The notes beneath the pieces were generated by a model. The model saw nothing but the letters and a program-made list of their open reading frames with translations, made no database searches and was not told the DNA's origin. From NCBI GenBank assembly GCA_965237565.1, contig OZ250145.1, positions 571,529 through 635,528 of the forward strand: DNA of 64,000 nt, read 5' to 3'. This document shows, in pieces, positions 36,317-46,245 of the stretch (positions are counted from its first letter, which is position 1; every line of letters begins with the position of its first letter). Source of the stretch: Bdellovibrionales bacterium. Its GTDB lineage: Bacteria; Bdellovibrionota; Bdellovibrionia; Bdellovibrionales; UBA1609. The position numbers were made by a program, and so were the translations under genes.

Positions 36317-37597
36317 ATGGAATCAAAAGTTTTAAGTAAATATTATCATAAGAATGAATACCAAGGTCTTTCTGGCTACAAAGACTTGGGGGGATACCAA
36401 TCTTTGCAAAAAGCTTTAAAGAAAGATCCAGGTGAAGTGATTCAAATGGTGAAAGATTCTGGATTGAGAGGTAGAGGGGGAGCAGGATTTCCCACTGGTG
36501 TGAAGTGGAATTTTTTGCCTGATAATTCAGAACCGCGCTACTTGCTTTGCAATGCCGACGAAGGAGAGCCGGGGACTTTCAAGGATCGCCTGATTATGGA
36601 ACGGGCACCTCATCAACTCATTGAGGGGATGTTGATTTCTGCTTGGGCGATTCGTTCGAGCAAATCCTATATTTATGTTAGAGGAGAGTATCGAGATAGC
36701 ATTCGTATCTTAGAAAAAGGGATCCAAGAAGCCTACGATGCGGGCTACTTGGGAAAGCGTGTTGGCGGGTCTTCTTTTTCTCATGATATGGACCTTTATA
36801 TAGGAGCAGGAGCTTATATTTGTGGAGAGGAGACGGGAATGATTTCTTCCTTAGAGGGGAAGAAAGGTTATCCCAAACTAAAGCCTCCTTTTCCAGCCGT
36901 GAAAGGCTATCTTGGCAAGCCGACGATTGTAAATAATGTGGAAACCTTGGCAGCTGTGGTTTTGATTGTAAAGGACGGGATAGATGCTTTTCGTTCCATT
37001 GGCACAGAAAAATCCCCTGGGACCAAATTCTTTTCAGTGAGCGGTTCTGTCACAAAACCTGGGAACTATGAGGTAGCCCTAGGCTATCCCCTTATGGACT
37101 TGATTGAAATGGCTGGAGGTTTGCCGAAGGGACGAAAACTAAAGGCTGTGATTCCGGGAGGAAGTTCGGCAGCGGTTTTAAACGCTAAAGAATGCCAAAA
37201 TGCAAAAATGGATTTTGAGTCATTGGCTGACTTGGATACGATGCTTGGTTCGGGAGCAGTGATTGTAATAGATGACTCTCATTGCATGGTGGATTTGCTC
37301 GAAGTGATTGAAAAGTTTTACCATCATGAATCTTGCGGGCAATGCACCCCTTGCCGAGAGGGAACGGGATGGTTGCACAAAGTGGTGGATGAAATTTTAA
37401 AGGGGAGAGGGCGTCTTTCCGATCTAGATTTGATTGAGGCCATCTCCAAAAATATGATGGGAAAAACCATCTGTGCTTTGTCAGATGCCGCCGCTTTGCC
37501 AGCGATTAGTTTTGTTAAAAAATTTCGTGGTGAATTTGAAGCGTATATCAAGAAAAAAGTATTCGCTTCTCGTTTTGTAGGAGCTTCTAGTGCCTAA
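36317..37597 (+). CDS. nuoF: NADH-quinone oxidoreductase subunit F
   Basis: GLRGRGGAGFPTG, NADEGEPGTFKDR, ESCGQCTPCREG. Confidence 0.95.
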   Translation: MESKVLSKYYHKNEYQGLSGYKDLGGYQSLQKALKKDPGEVIQMVKDSGLRGRGGAGFPTGVKWNFLPDNSEPRYLLCNADEGEPGTFKDRLIMERAPHQLIEGMLISAWAIRSSKSYIYVRGEYRDSIRILEKGIQEAYDAGYLGKRVGGSSFSHDMDLYIGAGAYICGEETGMISSLEGKKGYPKLKPPFPAVKGYLGKPTIVNNVETLAAVVLIVKDGIDAFRSIGTEKSPGTKFFSVSGSVTKPGNYEVALGYPLMDLIEMAGGLPKGRKLKAVIPGGSSAAVLNAKECQNAKMDFESLADLDTMLGSGAVIVIDDSHCMVDLLEVIEKFYHHESCGQCTPCREGTGWLHKVVDEILKGRGRLSDLDLIEAISKNMMGKTICALSDAAALPAISFVKKFRGEFEAYIKKKVFASRFVGASSA

Positions 37598-39191
37598 ATG
37601 TGTTATTAATAATGAGCCGATTGAGGTTCAGCAGGGAACCACTATCATTTCTGCTTTTAAAAAATTCAACAAAGATATTGCACATTATTGCTGGCACCCG
37701 GGCTTATCGGTGGCTGGGGTCTGCCGTCTCTGCATGGTTGAGATTGAAGGAGTACCAAAATTGCAAATTGCTTGCAACACAGAGGTTGAAGAAGGAATGA
37801 GAATTTCCAATCAATCTGAAAAAGTAAAATCAGCAGTGAAGTGGGGCTTGGAATTTCATCTGATCAACCATCCTTTGGACTGTCCCATCTGCGACCAAGC
37901 TGGTGAGTGTGAGCTACAAGAGCAGTACATGAATTTTGGTCGTTACCGGCCAGCCATGGCAGAGCGAAAGGTTAAGAAGAGAAAGGTGATTGATTTGGGC
38001 TCTAAAATTGTTTTGGATTCAGAAAGATGCATTCTTTGCACTCGTTGTGTTCGTTTCACTGATGAAGTGTCCAAGACTCATGAGCTGGGAATTTTTGATC
38101 GAGGAGATCGAAGCGAGATCGGTATTTTTAAAGATAAACCCTTAGAAAATAATTATGCGATTAATACAGTGGATATTTGTCCTGTGGGAGCTCTAACAGC
38201 AAAAGATTTTCGTTTTAAACAAAGAGTTTGGTACTTAAAAACTGTTGATTCCATTTGTACGGGTTGTTCTACTGGTTGTAATGTTCACTTGGATTACAAT
38301 GAGGAAGGGGTGTTTAGAGTGCGTCCCCGTTACAATGAAAAAATCAATGGTTACTGGATGTGTGACAAAGGAAGAGAGATATACAAGCTAGTTAACCCAG
38401 TGACTCGTTTGAAAAAAGCTTGTGTCCCGAAGGACAACTGCGCCACAGGCGATAATCTTGGCACAAGTAAGAATCCTACCATCAGCAGTAAAAGTTCTTT
38501 TTCCAGTCTGGGTACTGTAAAAGTCCTCCAAGCTGTGAATGATCTTTTGAAAAAAGCAGATAAGACACGTGTGGCTGTAGTTTTAACTGCTCAATACACT
38601 GTGGAAGAGTATGACGATTTTATTACTTTTTTTAAAGAGACTCTACTTGGAAAAGATCAAATGTATTATTGGCAAAACAATCTAAAAAGTTTTGATGATT
38701 TTGACGGCCTTTTATTTCGTGGGGACTGGAATCCGAACACGAAAGGTTTGCTAGAAGTTTTGGAGAAACATTCGGTGATGATTTCTCCGTGGGAAAATTT
38801 GGTGAAGCAATTGGAAGATCAAAATTTGGACATGCTATTTGTAGCTGGTCCAGAAAACCAAAAAGCCTATCCCAGTCTCACAGAGAAAATAAAGCTATTT
38901 GGCCAATGTAAAAATGTTGTTTGGTGGACAGCCCATCCCTTATCTGCTGAGGAAGCTCAGTTTTTTTGGCAAATTCCGACAAGAACTTTTTTTGAAAAAA
39001 CTGGTCATTTTGTGAATTTTTCTGGGCAAGTTCAAAAAATTAAGGAAGTTCATTCTTTGGTGCCATCCGCCGTTTCCCTTTCCGATTCTGTTTCCATTTT
39101 CAAAGGAGAGTTCTCGGTTTCTTCTCAGCCTCTTTTTTCAAAAGATTTTTTGAAGACCAATTACTTCGCTCATAACAAGGAGTCTTTATGA
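37590..39191 (+). CDS. nuoG: NADH-quinone oxidoreductase subunit G (short, 533 aa)
   Basis: CRLCMVE, HPLDCPICDQAGECELQ, CILCTRCVRF, CPVGALT. GTG start overlapping nuoF. Confidence 0.88.
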   Translation: MPKCVINNEPIEVQQGTTIISAFKKFNKDIAHYCWHPGLSVAGVCRLCMVEIEGVPKLQIACNTEVEEGMRISNQSEKVKSAVKWGLEFHLINHPLDCPICDQAGECELQEQYMNFGRYRPAMAERKVKKRKVIDLGSKIVLDSERCILCTRCVRFTDEVSKTHELGIFDRGDRSEIGIFKDKPLENNYAINTVDICPVGALTAKDFRFKQRVWYLKTVDSICTGCSTGCNVHLDYNEEGVFRVRPRYNEKINGYWMCDKGREIYKLVNPVTRLKKACVPKDNCATGDNLGTSKNPTISSKSSFSSLGTVKVLQAVNDLLKKADKTRVAVVLTAQYTVEEYDDFITFFKETLLGKDQMYYWQNNLKSFDDFDGLLFRGDWNPNTKGLLEVLEKHSVMISPWENLVKQLEDQNLDMLFVAGPENQKAYPSLTEKIKLFGQCKNVVWWTAHPLSAEEAQFFWQIPTRTFFEKTGHFVNFSGQVQKIKEVHSLVPSAVSLSDSVSIFKGEFSVSSQPLFSKDFLKTNYFAHNKESL

Positions 39192-39712
39192 GTTTCGTAA
39201 AAAGAAAAGAAAGTGCAAAGACACAATATTTGCCTGCTATTTTGCGAGGTTTGTTTTTCACATTGAAAAAAATGTTGTCCAATTTATTTCGAAAAAAAAA
39301 TATGCTTACATTGAATTATCCAGAAGAGCATTATTCTTATGGTCCTCGTTTTAAGGGGAATCATATTTTGACGGTAAAAAAAGATGGTGCCATTCGTTGC
39401 ACAGCCTGCATGTTGTGTGCGACCAATTGCCCAGCCAACTGTATTAAAATCACGGCCAGTGAACACGACTCCCCCGAAGTAGAAAAATATCCCATCTCTT
39501 ATGAAATTGATATTTTGCGTTGTGTATTTTGCGGTTATTGTGAGGAAGCTTGTCCAGTGGATGCTATCCGTATGGGGCCAGAGTGGCAAACAGCTGGGAT
39601 CAACAACACTCCTTTTGTTTATGATATCAAGTATCTATCCAAACGGAAGACTTTGAATGGTGGAGTGCTTTCTCGCGTGGATGACAAGGAGAGGAACGAA
39701 GAAGGAATTTGA
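39188..39712 (+). CDS. nuoI: NADH-quinone oxidoreductase subunit I
   Basis: Two 4Fe-4S motifs: CTACMLCATNCP and CVFCGYCEEACP. Confidence 0.9.
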   Translation: MSFVKRKESAKTQYLPAILRGLFFTLKKMLSNLFRKKNMLTLNYPEEHYSYGPRFKGNHILTVKKDGAIRCTACMLCATNCPANCIKITASEHDSPEVEKYPISYEIDILRCVFCGYCEEACPVDAIRMGPEWQTAGINNTPFVYDIKYLSKRKTLNGGVLSRVDDKERNEEGI

Positions 39713-39772
39713 GTGAGAAATGATGGGACATTCAGTCCTTTCAACTAGTAGCCTCCGACTGATTTTTATGAA

Positions 39773-40384
39773 ATGATTGCTTCATCGTTTATGTCTTTGC
39801 ATCAAGATAAAGTAATTGTTTTACAAAGGCTCGCATTTGGAGAGTCTGATCTCATTGTTCGAGCTTTAAACCAAAAAGGTGCTTTGGTTCCTTTTATTGC
39901 TAAGGGAGCTCTTAAGAGCCGGAAAAGATTTGCCGGAGGTCTGTTAGAGCCTGGTCATTTTATTGAAGTGGAATACAAAAGCTCTCCTCGTGCCAAATTG
40001 CATCGTCTCCATCAGGCTTGGTTCCTCAAACGTTTTGAAGGTCTGCGGGCAGATTATGATCGTTTACATCTTGCTCTTCATTTTCTTTATCTGGTTGAAA
40101 AAATTAGCCAAGAAGGCGTGGAAGACAGCTCTAATTTATTCAATTTATTGGGAAATAGTTTACAGGCCATCGAGGATTCCAACAATTTACCTGTCTTAAA
40201 GTTTGTATTTGAGACTCGTTTGTTGTGGATTCAAGGAGTGTTGCCACAAAAACTACAATTGGAAAAAAAGCTTTTGGACATCACAGTGATTGAACATGAG
40301 AGCTTGGTTGAGCACTTGGCTGATTTTAAAAATTTAATTCCCCTTGTTCAATCAGCCGTGGATCATTACATTTGTAGCAGGTAA
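39773..40384 (+). CDS. recO: DNA repair protein RecO
   Basis: OB-fold N-terminus VIVLQRLAFGESDLIVRALNQKGALVPFIAKGALKSRKRFAGGLLEPGHFIEVEY. Confidence 0.78.
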   Translation: MIASSFMSLHQDKVIVLQRLAFGESDLIVRALNQKGALVPFIAKGALKSRKRFAGGLLEPGHFIEVEYKSSPRAKLHRLHQAWFLKRFEGLRADYDRLHLALHFLYLVEKISQEGVEDSSNLFNLLGNSLQAIEDSNNLPVLKFVFETRLLWIQGVLPQKLQLEKKLLDITVIEHESLVEHLADFKNLIPLVQSAVDHYICSR

Positions 40385-40486
40385 GAGACAGTCTGATTGA
40401 TTGGCCAAAAAGATTTTTTTTTCTCGCCATACTGTGGATTGTTACATTCGTAGAAAATAAGCTACATCGGCACTGGCTCTCTGGCC

Positions 40487-40530
40487 AAAAAAAAATTCTC
40501 TCACCATTCTATGGATCCAAATGGTGAGAG
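40487..40530 (-). terminator. rho-independent terminator of the sigma-54 activator gene
   Basis: 11-bp perfect stem ctctcaccatt/aatggtgagag (40498-40508 and 40520-40530) lies 17 nt past the stop. It is followed on the minus strand by aa + T9 (plus-strand A9 at 40487-40495). Confidence 0.75.
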
Positions 40531-40546
40531 TCGTGGGAAAACAGCT

Positions 40547-41563
40547 TTATACAGATTGTTGTTGAGAAACCGGAGAGTGTATAGCGTATTCCTCGAAGGC
40601 ATCATATACATGCAAACGGTTGTAAAGAGTTTTCACGGTAATCCCCAAAGCTTTAGCCGCCTCTCTTTTTGAAGTAAAATGTTGAAGAGCTCCTAGTATG
40701 TATATCTTATTCATATCTGCCAAAGTAAGGCTTGGATCATAAGAAACAACTTCTGATTTTTTTTCTTCCTGTCCAAAGTTTTCAGGCAGATGTTTTTTTG
40801 TGATGACATCTCCGTCCTGAAAAACAGAAAATCTTTCACATAAATTTTTTAGCTCTCTTACGTTACCCGGCCAATCATATTGAAGCAAAATGTCCAAGAT
40901 ATCTTTTTCAATTTTTACGTTTTTGCCCAAAAAGTGTTTGAGTAGCAATGGAATATCTTCTGATCGTTCAGACAGAGAAGGAACCGTGATCATAATGGTG
41001 TTGATGCGATAGTAAAGATCCTCTCTAAATCTACCCTCTAAGACTTCTTTGGATAAATCCTTGTTTGTACTAGAAATGACTCTTACATTTAAAGAGATAG
41101 GAGTTTTTCCTCCTACTCTATAAATTTCATTTTCTTGTAAAAATCTCAGCAGTTTGGCTTGTGTTTTGATCTTTAGATCACCAATTTCATCTAAAACCAA
41201 AGTACCGCCATTGGCTTTTTCCAACAATCCAATCTTTTGTCTTTCAGCACCAGTAAAAGCTCCCTTTTCATGTCCAAAAAGTTCGCTATCCACGATGCCC
41301 TCACTCAAACAGTTGCAATTGATTACAACGAATGGGCGATTCACTCGATAGCTTCGTTCATGCAGACTTCTGGCTATCATTTCCTTACCTGTTCCGCTCT
41401 TTCCGTAGATCAGTACAGAGGAGTCCGCTCCGGATGCTTTGTTCACTATATGCAATATTTTTTTGATAGCTTCGGAGCAGTAGACAATTTTGTTTTTCTC
41501 TTCTAAATCCTTTAAACTATCCATTGCGATGTTACCTTGGCCTTTACTTAGATACGGGATCAT
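40547..41563 (-). CDS. sigma-54-dependent transcriptional activator (AAA+ and Fis-type HTH, no receiver domain)
   Basis: Walker [15 protein letters not shown] motif (EKGAFTGA), Walker B LVLDEIG, C-terminal [21 protein letters not shown]. Confidence 0.9.
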   Translation of the reverse strand: MIPYLSKGQGNIAMDSLKDLEEKNKIVYCSEAIKKILHIVNKASGADSSVLIYGKSGTGKEMIARSLHERSYRVNRPFVVINCNCLSEGIVDSELFGHEKGAFTGAERQKIGLLEKANGGTLVLDEIGDLKIKTQAKLLRFLQENEIYRVGGKTPISLNVRVISSTNKDLSKEVLEGRFREDLYYRINTIMITVPSLSERSEDIPLLLKHFLGKNVKIEKDILDILLQYDWPGNVRELKNLCERFSVFQDGDVITKKHLPENFGQEEKKSEVVSYDPSLTLADMNKIYILGALQHFTSKREAAKALGITVKTLYNRLHVYDAFEEYAIHSPVSQQQSV

Positions 41564-41652
41564 TTTTTTCCTTTCTTCCGTGATAGAAATTATGTCTCAT
41601 AATAAGACAGTGCGTTATTTGGTATCAGATTTTTGAAAATTTTTCAATAGAA

Positions 41653-42687
41653 GTGTGTAATTTTTTTATGAAATATGTAAAAAATAAAAATCATCAGAGC
41701 TTTTATTCCTGCCTAAAAATCAGAGAATATGCTAGTAAATACTTGAAATACTTGAAATTTAATAAAATCTTTTCAAAAAATACCTTGAAAGCCTACTGTA
41801 TAGATTTAAGACAGTTTATCAATTCTCATACAGCGTATTTTCAGCCCTTTTTGTCTGAAAAGCAACAGGCATCCTTTCTGGATTTGTCTCGAAATGAGTT
41901 CTTTTTGTTCCAAAAGAGTGACTCATTTTCAGTCAGTCCAGCTCAGCTACTTGATCTGCTAAAAAAGCTCACAAAACGCAGTATAAAATATTGGTCACTT
42001 TATTCTTTGGCCACTCGAAATCGAAAGTACGCTTGCTTAAAAGCTTTTTTCAAGTGGTTATTTTTGGAGGGTTTGATTGAGACCGATTTACAGGCCAGCA
42101 TTCGCTTGCCCAAAGTCCCTCGCCGCCTTCCCCACTATTTGTCCGTGGATGAAGTACTTTGTTTGATTCAGACCATTCGGCGAGCCAAAGAAGAGCCGAA
42201 GCAAAAAAGGGATTTGCTACTCATCTTATTGCTTTATGGAGCGGGTTTGCGAGTGAGTGAAGCATGCGAGCTGAAATGGGATCAAGTGGACTTGGTGAAA
42301 GAAGTTTTATGTATTAAAGGGAAAGGTGGCCATGAACGTTTATCTATTCTGCCCAAACAGGTGGTAAAGGAGTTGTTGGCATTGAAAAAATTTCGGTCTG
42401 TCTCTACGAGTGCTTGTGTCTTCCACCCTCCTTTGTCCGTCAGAACTGCGTATGATAGAGTAAAATATTGTGGGAAAATGGCAGGTCTGAACAAAATTTT
42501 AAACCCTCATGCATTGAGGCATAGTTTTGCGACACATTTATTGAATAGTGGAGCTGATCTTCGTTCTCTACAAGCACTGCTAGGCCATAAATCACTAGTT
42601 GCCACTCAAAAATACACTCACCTTCAGCTTTCCCACTTGGCGAAGATCTTGGAGTCTCAGCATCCCCTTAGCAAAAAGAGTGATTAG
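41653..42687 (+). CDS. tyrosine recombinase, XerC/XerD-like
   Basis: Catalytic residues in GAGLRVSEACEL, HALRHSFATHLL and LGHKSLVATQKYTH. Start uncertain (GTG 41653 or ATG 41668). Confidence 0.8.
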   Translation: MCNFFMKYVKNKNHQSFYSCLKIREYASKYLKYLKFNKIFSKNTLKAYCIDLRQFINSHTAYFQPFLSEKQQASFLDLSRNEFFLFQKSDSFSVSPAQLLDLLKKLTKRSIKYWSLYSLATRNRKYACLKAFFKWLFLEGLIETDLQASIRLPKVPRRLPHYLSVDEVLCLIQTIRRAKEEPKQKRDLLLILLLYGAGLRVSEACELKWDQVDLVKEVLCIKGKGGHERLSILPKQVVKELLALKKFRSVSTSACVFHPPLSVRTAYDRVKYCGKMAGLNKILNPHALRHSFATHLLNSGADLRSLQALLGHKSLVATQKYTHLQLSHLAKILESQHPLSKKSD

Positions 42688-42693
42688 AAGTTT

Positions 42694-43911
42694 TTATTTT
42701 GATGGAATGGGAAGAATATGAGTTGTGATTGAGGTGCTCAACGAATCAATCGCTTGTCGGAGTTCACTTGTGTGGGCTGTTTCTACGTCCATGATGAGAT
42801 ATCCGATTTGAAAGTCGGTAGCTAGCAACTGCGTTTTGATGTTGATTTTTGAGCGTGAAACAAGACCATTGATCTTGGCCAAAACTCCGGGAACATTTTT
42901 GTGAACGTTGACGAGTCTTCGATAAATATGGCTTTGTTCCAAGGGAGGAGGAGTGAGGATGGGAAAATTCACCGCTCCTTCAGAAACTCCATGGTACAAA
43001 AATTTCGTGAGTGATCTAGAAACTTGAATGGCAATGTTTTCTTGGGCTTCTTTTGTGCTTCCTCCCACATGAGGAGTGAGAATGACTTGTTCCATGCCCT
43101 GCAACTCAGTGAGGAAAGAACTTTTTTGTGCTTGCGGTTCTTCAGGGAATACATCCAAAGCGGCCCCTGCTAAATGTCCTTCCTGTAAAGCTTTTTTTAG
43201 AGCTCTTATCTTTACAACTGTCCCTCGACTTGTATTGATCAAATAGCTTCCCTTTCGCATCCATTTCAGTTCGGTCATTTGGATCATATTTCTTGTTAAA
43301 GGAGTGTCTGGGACATGCAGAGTTACAAAATCAGATCGAGAAAGTAATTCCTTAAGGCTTCTCATTGATTCCACATTGCCGATTGGCAAAGTATCAATGA
43401 TATCAAAATACATTACTTTCATTCCCATGGATTCAGCCAGTACACCCACTTGCGTGCCAATGTGGCCGTAGCCTACAATGCCCAAAGTTTTGCCTCTCAC
43501 TTCACGGCTTCCTTTTGAATTTTTATGCCATTTCTTTTGGTGCATCATTTGATTGAACAAATAGATTTGACGGGAAAGAGAAATGATATGTCCAATCACC
43601 ATCTCAGCCACACTTCTTGTGTTACCATAAGGTGCGTTGAATACTGGGATACCCATCTGGCGGGCAGACTTCAGATCAATCTGATCGGTTCCAATACAAA
43701 AAGCTCCAATCACTCTCAAAGAGGGAGAAAGAGATTGAAGAATCTTCTTTGTAATCTTCGTACGAGAGCGAATTCCCAATCCAGTAATATCTGTTTTTTT
43801 CGTTAATTCTTTATCTGCAAGAGCTGACTTGATGGTACTAACTTTTAACCCTTGAGATTTTAGCGTATTTTTTGCAATGTCGTGAATGCCTTCTAGAAAA
43901 ATAAACTTCAT
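42694..43911 (-). CDS. serA: D-3-phosphoglycerate dehydrogenase with C-terminal ACT domain
   Basis: NAD motif GIVGYGHIGTQVG. Catalytic region TPHVGGST. About 405 aa with an ACT-like tail. Confidence 0.88.
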   Translation of the reverse strand: MKFIFLEGIHDIAKNTLKSQGLKVSTIKSALADKELTKKTDITGLGIRSRTKITKKILQSLSPSLRVIGAFCIGTDQIDLKSARQMGIPVFNAPYGNTRSVAEMVIGHIISLSRQIYLFNQMMHQKKWHKNSKGSREVRGKTLGIVGYGHIGTQVGVLAESMGMKVMYFDIIDTLPIGNVESMRSLKELLSRSDFVTLHVPDTPLTRNMIQMTELKWMRKGSYLINTSRGTVVKIRALKKALQEGHLAGAALDVFPEEPQAQKSSFLTELQGMEQVILTPHVGGSTKEAQENIAIQVSRSLTKFLYHGVSEGAVNFPILTPPPLEQSHIYRRLVNVHKNVPGVLAKINGLVSRSKINIKTQLLATDFQIGYLIMDVETAHTSELRQAIDSLSTSITTHILPIPSK

Positions 43912-43954
43912 GCCTCTCTTTTAAATCCAAAGACAAGTAGCCTCAAGATAAACT

Positions 43955-44743
43955 TTGTTATTGACCTCATTTGAGTTTTCGAGTGTGAATGGCTGTATGC
44001 AAGATTCTGATCGGGCTTCTAATAAGAAAGCGTTTGAAGAACCCAATTTTTGGGAAATATTTGACTACGAGAAAATCTCTGGGCATTTTTTCATTAGAGC
44101 TTTATGGGCTCTATTTTTGCGTCTTTCTTTTAAGTTTTATATGCGTCTGAAGATTGTAGGCAATTTTAAGGGTTTTTATAAAAAATATCCCAAATTGATC
44201 ATTATTTCCAACCACACAAGCCATTTGGATGGCCCGGTCATATTGTCCTCCATTCCTTTTTCCCATTGGTTGGACCTTTATATCTTAGCCGCTAGGGATT
44301 ATTGGTTCAGTAACTGGTATCTACGATTTTTTTCAAAAAAATTCATGGGAGCTATTCCTGTCGAACGTAAATCCAATCGGTCTGGCTCTGTACAAAAATG
44401 CTTAAATATTTTGAACGACCTCAAAAGAGTATGGATGGTTATGTTTCCAGAGGGAACTCGATCGGAAGACGGTTCTTTGCAACCTTTTAAGAAGGGTGTT
44501 AGTCTTTTTTCTCAAAAAACGGGGACTCCGATCTTATTCCTCTATATACACGGCAATCGTGATTTATTGCCAAAAGGCAAGAACTTTCCTCTGCCTGGTC
44601 GAATTTGGTTGTATATCGGACCCATTCAAGAACCTGATGATATTGACACAATTTTTAATAACTATAAAAATTGGGCAGATGGGATTAGAATAAAATTCCA
44701 CAAAAAACAACATGCTAAAGAAAACATCAAAAGCTCTTTTTAA
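43955..44743 (+). CDS. 1-acyl-sn-glycerol-3-phosphate acyltransferase family protein
   Basis: HX4D motif NHTSHLDG and FPEGTRS motif. Start uncertain (TTG 43955 or ATG 43997). Confidence 0.8.
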   Translation: MLLTSFEFSSVNGCMQDSDRASNKKAFEEPNFWEIFDYEKISGHFFIRALWALFLRLSFKFYMRLKIVGNFKGFYKKYPKLIIISNHTSHLDGPVILSSIPFSHWLDLYILAARDYWFSNWYLRFFSKKFMGAIPVERKSNRSGSVQKCLNILNDLKRVWMVMFPEGTRSEDGSLQPFKKGVSLFSQKTGTPILFLYIHGNRDLLPKGKNFPLPGRIWLYIGPIQEPDDIDTIFNNYKNWADGIRIKFHKKQHAKENIKSSF

Positions 44744-46025
44744 TAAATTCCTCACTCCTTTCGAAAGATTTTTCGCTTTAGAAGCTAGTGCAGGCTTTGT
44801 GTTGTTATTTTTTGTTTTGCTGGCTTTGCTACTGGCCAATTCGAGCTGGTCGGATTTTTATGACAAAATTGTGTATTATCCGGTGAGTGTCCAATGGGGT
44901 GATTTCTCTCTCTCCTATTCTCTTCAACATTGGGTCAATGACGGCCTGATGGTCATCTTCTTTTTTGTGGTGGGTTTGGAGATAAAAAGAGAACTTGTGG
45001 TTGGAGAATTGAGTTCATCCAAGAAAGCTGCTCTACCTATTATTGCAGCGATTGGCGGAATGGTAGTCCCCGCTCTTATCTATTTGTCCTTTAACTATCA
45101 TGATGTTTTGGCTCAAAGAGGCTGGGGAATCCCCATGGCCACAGACATTGCTTTTGCCTTGGGTGTTTTGAGTTTGGTCTCAAAAAGAGTGCCTCTTTTG
45201 CTAAAAGTTTTTTTGATGTTTTTGGCCATTGTAGATGACCTAGGTGCGGTTTTGGTGATTGCGTTTTTTTATTCCAATCAAATTGCAGGACAATATCTAG
45301 CCTTTGCGGGTTTGATAATTTTTTTGATTTACTGTATTGGGAAAATAGGAATCACACACCCGCTTGTTTATATTATTTTGGGTGTTTGCCTCTGGCTTTC
45401 TATTCTTAACAGCGGAGTTCATCCCACGATAGCAGGAGTTATTTTGGGTTTTCTGTGTCCTTGTAGAACAAAGAGCAACAAGCAAGAAGAAAAAACAGCA
45501 AAAATGAAGAAGCTTTTAGCAAGTCTTTCTTCTTATAAGGAGACGAAGAAATTAATTCAAGAGGCTCGATCTTTTCACACCCCCACTCATACTTTGATTG
45601 AAGTCCTTCATCCTTATGTCGCTTGGTTCATTATGCCCGCTTTCGCTTTTTTTAATGCAGGAGTTTCTTTTGATCCGAGTTTTTCTATTTCGGATTTTTT
45701 TTCTCATTCCGTTTCTTTGGGCATTATTTTTGGATTTCTTATCGGTAAACCTGTTGGGATTTTGTTGTTTTCATTTCTGGCTGTCCGTTTGGATTTGGCT
45801 ACTCTGCCATCTGATTTCAAATGGTCACAGTTTGTGGGGGTGAGTTTTTTAGCGGGGATTGGTTTCACAATGGCTTTGTTTATTTCTCATCTGAGCTTTA
45901 GTTCTCAGTATGAATTGGCTATGTATTCAAAAGTAAGTATTTTATTCGCTTCTTTTTTTGCTATGGTTATTGGTTTGTGTTTCATATGGTTTGTAAAGCC
46001 ACAGACTGGTAGCCACGATCAATGA
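44712..46025 (+). CDS. nhaA: Na+/H+ antiporter NhaA
   Basis: Typical N-terminus FLTPFERFFALEASAGFVLL, LAIVDDLGAVLVIAFFY, and multiple TM segments. Confidence 0.9.
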   Translation: MLKKTSKALFNKFLTPFERFFALEASAGFVLLFFVLLALLLANSSWSDFYDKIVYYPVSVQWGDFSLSYSLQHWVNDGLMVIFFFVVGLEIKRELVVGELSSSKKAALPIIAAIGGMVVPALIYLSFNYHDVLAQRGWGIPMATDIAFALGVLSLVSKRVPLLLKVFLMFLAIVDDLGAVLVIAFFYSNQIAGQYLAFAGLIIFLIYCIGKIGITHPLVYIILGVCLWLSILNSGVHPTIAGVILGFLCPCRTKSNKQEEKTAKMKKLLASLSSYKETKKLIQEARSFHTPTHTLIEVLHPYVAWFIMPAFAFFNAGVSFDPSFSISDFFSHSVSLGIIFGFLIGKPVGILLFSFLAVRLDLATLPSDFKWSQFVGVSFLAGIGFTMALFISHLSFSSQYELAMYSKVSILFASFFAMVIGLCFIWFVKPQTGSHDQ

Positions 46026-46040
46026 GGGAATTTTTAACAA

Positions 46041-46114
46041 GGTGGCGTAGCTCAGCTGGATAGAGCAACGGCCTTCTAAGCCGTAGGTCGTAGGTTCGAA
46101 TCCTACCGCCATCA
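46041..46114 (+). tRNA. tRNA-Arg(UCU); CCA not encoded
   Basis: ggtggcg-ta-gctc-agctggat-agagc-a-acggc-ctTCTaa-gccgt-aggtc-gtagg-ttcgaat-cctac-cgccatc-a. Confidence 0.9.
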
Positions 46115-46245
46115 CTTTTGGTTTCTTTTGGAACTTGCAAAGTTGGAAATATAGTTATTCCTTGAGTTTCAAGAAAAAAATATTTAAAATAAAATTTTGG
46201 TGTTCCTGTTTTTGTGTAACAAGGATGAGACATAAGGGTAATAAA

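Noticed and set aside
40400-40486. Partial second copy of the terminator unit (tggccaaaaagattttttttt ctcgccatactgtggat) as a recO terminator
   Set aside because: It resembles the left half of the 40487-40530 terminator, but I could not find a convincing stem. Left uncalled.
41619-41636. Sigma-54 promoter-like element ttggtatcagatttttga upstream of the recombinase gene
   Set aside because: The -12 GC is absent (TG instead), and the GG-to-GC spacing is off by one. Too weak to call.
41653-42687. Tyrosine recombinase as the integrase of the ssrA/defence island
   Set aside because: It is 15 kb from the island, embedded between core genes (sigma-54 activator, serA), and has Xer-type motifs. More likely a chromosomal XerC/D-like recombinase.
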